Source: Saprospiraceae bacterium (GTDB lineage Bacteria > Bacteroidota > Bacteroidia > Chitinophagales > Saprospiraceae). From it: a stretch of DNA of 64,000 nt. Below the pieces are notes generated by a model. The model was given only the letters and a program-made list of their open reading frames with translations, was not told the DNA's origin and ran no database searches. Location of the stretch: the NCBI GenBank assembly GCA_965222645.1, contig OZ244968.1, positions 5,386,008-5,450,007 of the forward strand, in the 5' to 3' direction. The position numbers and the translations under genes were made by a program. Shown here piece by piece: positions 59,199 to 64,000 of this stretch. Each line of letters opens with the position of its first letter. Position 1 is the stretch's first letter.

Positions 59199-61715
59199 CT
59201 ATTGTTTTTCTGCAGAAGGTCTTTTTGCTGCCTCATGTGCAAGCAGATCAGGTACACTCCAAGGTTGCACTCTGCCTTGTGTGCGATGTCTTAAAAAAGA
59301 AATTGTAGAAGGTCGAACAGGACCTGCGTTGTGACCCCACTCACATCGAATGTAAGTCAGAATCGATGCAATCGTTCTGTCATCGAGTATGGAATGGGAC
59401 GGCATAACCGGTAATATCTCAGGACTTTGGTAGATTTTGCCATTTACCTCAATTTTTCCTTCGATGCCATGCAAAACAAGTAGAGCCAATCGCGACGAAT
59501 CTCCTAAAACCCATTCCGAATCCACCACAGGAGGTGCAAACCGACTCAATCCTTCTCCCTCCACACCGTGACATGATGCACACGAAGTCATATAATGCTG
59601 TCTGCCCAGATTGAAAAGCGCCTGCTCGTCGCTGTTGAGTTCGACAGTTCCCTGCGGATCTTTTTCGGGTACATGGCCTGGCCACGAAAACATTGTGGAT
59701 AACTTCTTTAATCTTTTGGAAACTGGAGGATCATGTTCAAAATCAATTTCGAAGATTGCCGGAGCTTTTGATAGCTTTATTGGTGGTCGATCTGATACTT
59801 TACCTAGCGATAACCCCCTCACCATCGCTCTCTGTTGAGGATCCAACTCGTTCTCGGTAGGAATCATGCGATCAAACAAATCCTCAATTTCATTTACTGC
59901 ACCTTTTCTAAAGATTGCAATACTCAACATTTCAATAAAAACTTCTGAAATCGAAATATCTATCGAATTATTATGTCTAAGAATATAATTGAACATTTCA
60001 AATTCGTCGTTTTCCAGGCTGCTTAATAGGGCATCTCGAAAAAGTCCCTTGTCACCTTCCCTCTGTAAAAGCCTGAACAGAAAGGGGATTTTTTCCTTTT
60101 TTGGGAGTATTCCTGCAGTTAATGCACATTGGAGTGTCAGGGGTTCGCTGGATAAATCATAACGGGTAATAAATTTCCTGATAATTTCCAGCGACTCCCT
60201 GTCAGAAAAGTTTTTTTCCAGCAAGCGAAGTGCCACGGACTGAACAATGGGTTCATTAATATCCAATATTCGTTGACATATTTCTTTTGTAAGGATCGAA
60301 AGCCCATCCAGGACATATAATGCATGGATTTTTCCAAGGTACTCTTTTTCATTTTCGAGGAATGCCACGAGATCTGAATAAATGGTAGTATCTCCCGATT
60401 CTACCAATAATCTCTGCGCAAGATCACGATACCAACCATCATCACTGGAGAGTAATTTTATGAGCTGATTTAAATCGGGCTTAGCTGAGATTTTGAGCGG
60501 AGGATTTTCGAAATCTTTTGGAACAATCCGCCAAATTCGACCCAAATGAATATGCTTATCAAGCCCCCGTTCTAATATTTGTTCTCTCAGATATTCGGAA
60601 ATATATGGACCGTGTTCAATTATACCGCGGTACATGTCTGCAATATAAAGTGCACCGTCAGGACCCGATGTGAAGGCAACCGGACGAAATCGCTCATCAG
60701 TTGATGCCAGGAATTCAACTTTGTCGTACGCTGCTTCAGCAGATAAAACGACACCGCTGTAATCCACGATATTTCTCTTGACAAGATTTCCAGCGGGTTC
60801 AGCCACAAATACATTTCCACGAAATTGCGGTAGTGCCGTGCCGCGATAGACGAAAGGTGAACAAGCTGAAGTGAATTCAATAAGTTTTCCTTCCTCGTCT
60901 AAGGTTCCGTCTATATATCCTCTATTTGTCGCGGGATTTGACCTGCCGGGATGGATTGCACGGTCTATGGTAAGTCCGTGATCTATTCCGGTTGTGGCGA
61001 TGTGGTTCCGGTTGCGAGATAAATAATTGGGCGGTACGAGGTCGGCGTGCAATTGAGACCAGTTGTAATTGTAAAACAACCTTCCATGATCATCATGGCT
61101 GATACCAAATTGTCCCCGAAATTCGGTCTCCGCCCTGACCCATATATTTTGTTTCAAGCGGTATCTCGCGGTAGATTTGGCGCTGTAGTACCAGTTGTCA
61201 ATACCCCTCCACAATCCATTGGGAGAGTGCTCCACAAGACCATTGCCTCCATAAGTGGAATCGATTAGGATTTTTCGATCAGCCCGAAGATCTCCGTCAA
61301 GATCCGGCACATACCAGAGGGGCAATTGCTCGGCCACGAGTATTCCATCGCTCACAAGAGCAATCGATCTGGGAAGAACAAGGCTATCCAGGAAGACAAT
61401 TGATTGATCCATGCGACCATCTTGATCTTTGTCTATCAGGACGGAAATTCGACCGACGGGATCGCCTTCTCCAGTCCCGTCGATGTCAGGCATGAATCCC
61501 CTCATTTCTACCACCCAGAGCCGACCACGTTTATCGAAAGTGATGGCCACGGGCTCCTCAACCATCGGTTCTGCAGCTACAAGCTGGATATCCACATTTT
61601 CAGCCAATTGGAAAGTGCTCAATTCCTCTTCGGGAGAATTCACAGGGGCAATCTCCGAACGACACCCAAAAAACAGGAAAGCAGCAAGCATGAAAATGCC
61701 CAAGCGAGAAAGCAT
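59199..61715 (-). CDS. PVC-type membrane-bound dehydrogenase domain + HEAT-like repeats + C-terminal cytochrome c (CxxCH) protein
   Basis: 838 aa, lipoprotein start (FLFFGC). N-terminal F.L.....I.LVAAEP.V..PVAI.FD..GRLWVVEM..Y block, helical repeats in the middle, and C-terminal CASCHGVEG...MP heme-binding domain. Confidence 0.75.
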   Translation of the reverse strand: MLSRLGIFMLAAFLFFGCRSEIAPVNSPEEELSTFQLAENVDIQLVAAEPMVEEPVAITFDKRGRLWVVEMRGFMPDIDGTGEGDPVGRISVLIDKDQDGRMDQSIVFLDSLVLPRSIALVSDGILVAEQLPLWYVPDLDGDLRADRKILIDSTYGGNGLVEHSPNGLWRGIDNWYYSAKSTARYRLKQNIWVRAETEFRGQFGISHDDHGRLFYNYNWSQLHADLVPPNYLSRNRNHIATTGIDHGLTIDRAIHPGRSNPATNRGYIDGTLDEEGKLIEFTSACSPFVYRGTALPQFRGNVFVAEPAGNLVKRNIVDYSGVVLSAEAAYDKVEFLASTDERFRPVAFTSGPDGALYIADMYRGIIEHGPYISEYLREQILERGLDKHIHLGRIWRIVPKDFENPPLKISAKPDLNQLIKLLSSDDGWYRDLAQRLLVESGDTTIYSDLVAFLENEKEYLGKIHALYVLDGLSILTKEICQRILDINEPIVQSVALRLLEKNFSDRESLEIIRKFITRYDLSSEPLTLQCALTAGILPKKEKIPFLFRLLQREGDKGLFRDALLSSLENDEFEMFNYILRHNNSIDISISEVFIEMLSIAIFRKGAVNEIEDLFDRMIPTENELDPQQRAMVRGLSLGKVSDRPPIKLSKAPAIFEIDFEHDPPVSKRLKKLSTMFSWPGHVPEKDPQGTVELNSDEQALFNLGRQHYMTSCASCHGVEGEGLSRFAPPVVDSEWVLGDSSRLALLVLHGIEGKIEVNGKIYQSPEILPVMPSHSILDDRTIASILTYIRCEWGHNAGPVRPSTISFLRHRTQGRVQPWSVPDLLAHEAAKRPSAEKQ

Positions 61716-61827
61716 AGTACAATATTAATTCATTAGACGGCCACTTCAAAAACTTCTGTAATTTGATATTGAAACCGGGTAAAATGAATGGGAGAGTACA
61801 AATACCTGCAATAATTTTCTTGATATT

Positions 61828-62247
61828 GTGCGTAACAAATGGAATGATTTGGAAGATATCCAATCCAGGGAAGACATCGATAAAGTGGTGAGAAGCTTCT
61901 ACAAGCTTCTTCTTGCAGATGAAATCATGAGACCGATCTTTGTTGACATTGCCAGGTTAGATCTTGAAAAGCATTTTCCGCATTTGATAGATTTCTGGCA
62001 CAGCATTCTGTTTTATACCGGTGCCTACAGGAAGAATGTAATGGAGATTCATATTGATCTCAATAAGAAGGTAACCTTAAAACCCGAGCACTACCGCCTA
62101 TGGACTATGTATTTTGAGCAGGCTGTCAGGGATAGTTTCTATGGACCCAGAAGTGACCTGGCAGTGGAAAGAGCGAGGAGTATTGCCCAACTCATGGAAT
62201 TTAAGATTTCTGAGCTCACCGGCCCGTCTGAATCTCCGTCAGAATAG
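61828..62247 (+). CDS. Group III truncated hemoglobin-like globin
   Basis: 139 aa (GTG start). Contains ...VVRSFYKLLLADEIMRPIF... and ...HLIDFWHSILFYTGAYRKNVMEIHIDLNKK..L.PEHY..W..YF. Resembles trHb group III proteins. Confidence 0.6.
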   Translation: MRNKWNDLEDIQSREDIDKVVRSFYKLLLADEIMRPIFVDIARLDLEKHFPHLIDFWHSILFYTGAYRKNVMEIHIDLNKKVTLKPEHYRLWTMYFEQAVRDSFYGPRSDLAVERARSIAQLMEFKISELTGPSESPSE

Positions 62248-62402
62248 AGTTTGTCGAATTAGGGCAGTAAATTTTTTCGAAAATTTGTGGTAGTGGTGGT
62301 TCGCTTACGTCATAGGATATGACATGGTCATAGGTAATAGCTTGGTATGGATTAAACAGTAGTCTACCACCCTTATAGCCTACAACCATTTGTTAATAAT
62401 TG

Positions 62403-62432
62403 AGCCGGGTCTTTCCCAAGATCCGGCTTTTT
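62403..62432 (+). terminator. Rho-independent terminator
   Basis: AGCCGGGTCT (62403-12) pairs with AGATCCGGCT (62419-28): a 10-bp stem with one G-U, a 6-nt loop TTCCCA, followed by a T-run. It lies ~155 nt downstream of the globin stop. Confidence 0.6.
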
Positions 62433-62653
62433 CATTCTTTGGTATAATGTAAACCACCGTGGAGGTCCTGCTGGTTCCATTAGATGGCAGATATTGTCAC
62501 CATACTAATCTTGGAGCGGATCGCGTTTAATATAAGTCAGGGAATCGGAAATTATTTACTTTGCACTTGACAACTTCAACCCTACTATAGATTGATTCGA
62601 TGAACAACGGGCTTGGAAAAGCGCTTTTTAAAACTCAAGACAAATATTAGAGC

Positions 62654-63022
62654 ATGACAACAACAACTTCGACAACAGAATCACTACGGGAAGAGGTAGT
62701 CAACTGGGTGAAGAATAACAGATTTTCGGATATTAAGGCTAATCTGGAAGGGCACGCTATCCCTACATCATATTCCAAACCGGGTGAAGACCAACCCTAT
62801 GTTCCCGATGTGACTGGGATGAAATTGGGTGTAAAAAGCTACTTTGAAGTAGCAACTAAGGAGGAAAATCCGGAACGCAGTATTCGTAAGTGGAAGCTGT
62901 TAAGTACGCTCGCCGAAATGCGAAATGGTTCACTTTTTCTATTTGCTCCGAGGGGTCACAAGGCCTTTGTCACCAATGTAGTAAAAGAGAGAAATCTTAA
63001 GGCAAAAGTGATCAGTCTCTGA
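62654..63022 (+). CDS. Hypothetical protein
   Basis: 122-aa ORF with a Thr-rich start. No motif recognised. Convergent with the ferritin gene (6-nt gap). Confidence 0.45.
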   Translation: MTTTTSTTESLREEVVNWVKNNRFSDIKANLEGHAIPTSYSKPGEDQPYVPDVTGMKLGVKSYFEVATKEENPERSIRKWKLLSTLAEMRNGSLFLFAPRGHKAFVTNVVKERNLKAKVISL

Positions 63023-63028
63023 TATCAC

Positions 63029-63550
63029 TTACTCAGTTGTATCACTGGCAGCATTTATTTGATTATTGATGCTGCTAATCTCTTTGTCAATAAAATAGAG
63101 TGATTGCGGTCCGTCTCCGATCAGTCTTAGCTTGTCTAAAATACCTCTGATCATCACTTCTTCTTCTCGCTGTTCTGTCACATACCATTGCAGGAAGTTG
63201 TCCGTGCTGTGATCGTTTTCTGCCTGAGCCAACTCGACCAGGTGGTTGATCGCTTTGGTCACTTTTTGCTCATGCTTGTAGACGTCCTCGAAAATCGCCT
63301 GTATGTTGGCGAAATTATGGGGTGGTTTCTTTACCTGAGGTACAATTGATCTTCCATCCATTTCCAGGATATATTTGAAAATACGCATCATGTGATCATT
63401 TTCCTCCTCACTTTGTCGATAGAAGAAAAGTCCTGCACCCTCCATTCCCTGCTGCTCACACCAGGAGGCCATTGAAAGGTATAGAAAGGAAGCGTACGAT
63501 TCCATTTCAATCTGTTTGTTGAGTGCATCTTGCATTTTTTTTGACAGCAT
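63029..63550 (-). CDS. ftn: Ferritin (non-heme, Ftn-type)
   Basis: 173 aa. LNKQIEMESYASFLYLSMASW..., ...EEENDHMMRIFKY... and ...QWYVTEQREEE are ferroxidase-centre helices. Confidence 0.9.
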   Translation of the reverse strand: MLSKKMQDALNKQIEMESYASFLYLSMASWCEQQGMEGAGLFFYRQSEEENDHMMRIFKYILEMDGRSIVPQVKKPPHNFANIQAIFEDVYKHEQKVTKAINHLVELAQAENDHSTDNFLQWYVTEQREEEVMIRGILDKLRLIGDGPQSLYFIDKEISSINNQINAASDTTE

Positions 63551-63554
63551 AATT

Positions 63555-64000
63555 TCAGGTTGACTTTGATTTTTCCAAATGATTTAACATAGATTCACAT
63601 GCCTCGAACAGAAGATCGAATACATTTTGAAAATCCTGTGGTGTTCCGTGGTATGGATCTGGTACCTCGCGGTTCTCTGATGGATGAAGATAATTCATCA
63701 TCAAATGTAATTTTTCTTTCGCTTTCGGGTGTAGTCGGAGGATATCCTGGTAATTTTGGGCGTCCATGGCAACAATCAGGTCAGATTTTACCAGATCATC
63801 ATAGGTAACCCTCCGTGATCTTTGTGAAGAAATATCGATATCCCTGGCAGCAGCAGAATCAATAGATCTCTCATCAGGTGGGTTGCCTTCATGCCATCCT
63901 ATGGTACCGACAGAGTCAACCTCCCAATCCAGGTTTCGTTCTTCTATCAAGTGCCGTGTGATCCCTTCAGCGAGTGGAGACCTGCAAATATTTCCAAGGC
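63555..64000 (-). CDS. Low-molecular-weight protein-tyrosine phosphatase (N-terminus just beyond or at the window edge)
   Basis: Extending the track ORF upstream in frame gives ...LGNICRSPLAEGITRHLIEERNLDWEVDSVGT..., i.e. the CxGNxCRS P-loop. The DPY catalytic Asp region (VPDPYHG) is present. Confidence 0.85.
   Translation of the reverse strand, partial: LGNICRSPLAEGITRHLIEERNLDWEVDSVGTIGWHEGNPPDERSIDSAAARDIDISSQRSRRVTYDDLVKSDLIVAMDAQNYQDILRLHPKAKEKLHLMMNYLHPSENREVPDPYHGTPQDFQNVFDLLFEACESMLNHLEKSKST

Overview
The window looks like chromosomal DNA from a large-genome, probably marine, Bacteroidota. Evidence: a T9SS C-terminal sorting domain, a UpxY/NusG-like gene, many lipoprotein signals, and PVC-type gene families (PSCyt/DUF1549/DUF1553, DUF1501, heme-binding dehydrogenases, sulfatases). 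Ordinary content: central and sugar metabolism (gnd, PfkB kinase, LarA-like, TIM-barrel isomerase, Gfo/Idh/MocA); a sulfated-glycan-type cluster (2 sulfatases, BNR/Asp-box T9SS protein, sialidase-like propeller, six-hairpin GH, PSCyt + DUF1501); a cytochrome-c dehydrogenase cluster; and truncated hemoglobin, ferritin and LMW-PTP. Mobile DNA: an IS66 element with perfect 8-bp target duplications that splits the DUF1501 gene, and an IS110 element with a structured upstream leader.

The unusual part is the non-coding DNA.
(1) A ~6 kb tandem satellite lies at 49.2-55.1 kb. It has about 29 units of ~176 bp, each carrying a GCGTACGGTACGCGTACG palindromic core, and is organised into nearly identical 880-bp (5-unit) higher-order repeats. 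A DUF4160 / DUF2442-XRE gene pair sits inside one unit.
(2) Three gene-free blocks totalling ~6.8 kb are built from one shared set of mosaic repeat modules, all in the same orientation.
(3) There is a 40-copy heptanucleotide microsatellite.
(4) Several smaller intergenic repeat families are present.

The left edge carries a possible conflict-type trio: an M19-like hydrolase, a polytopic patatin-OmpA fusion, and a SLATT-like 2TM protein. I saw no rRNA, tRNA or CRISPR array by eye, but no tRNA or Rfam scan could be run. All family calls come from motif recognition, not from searches.
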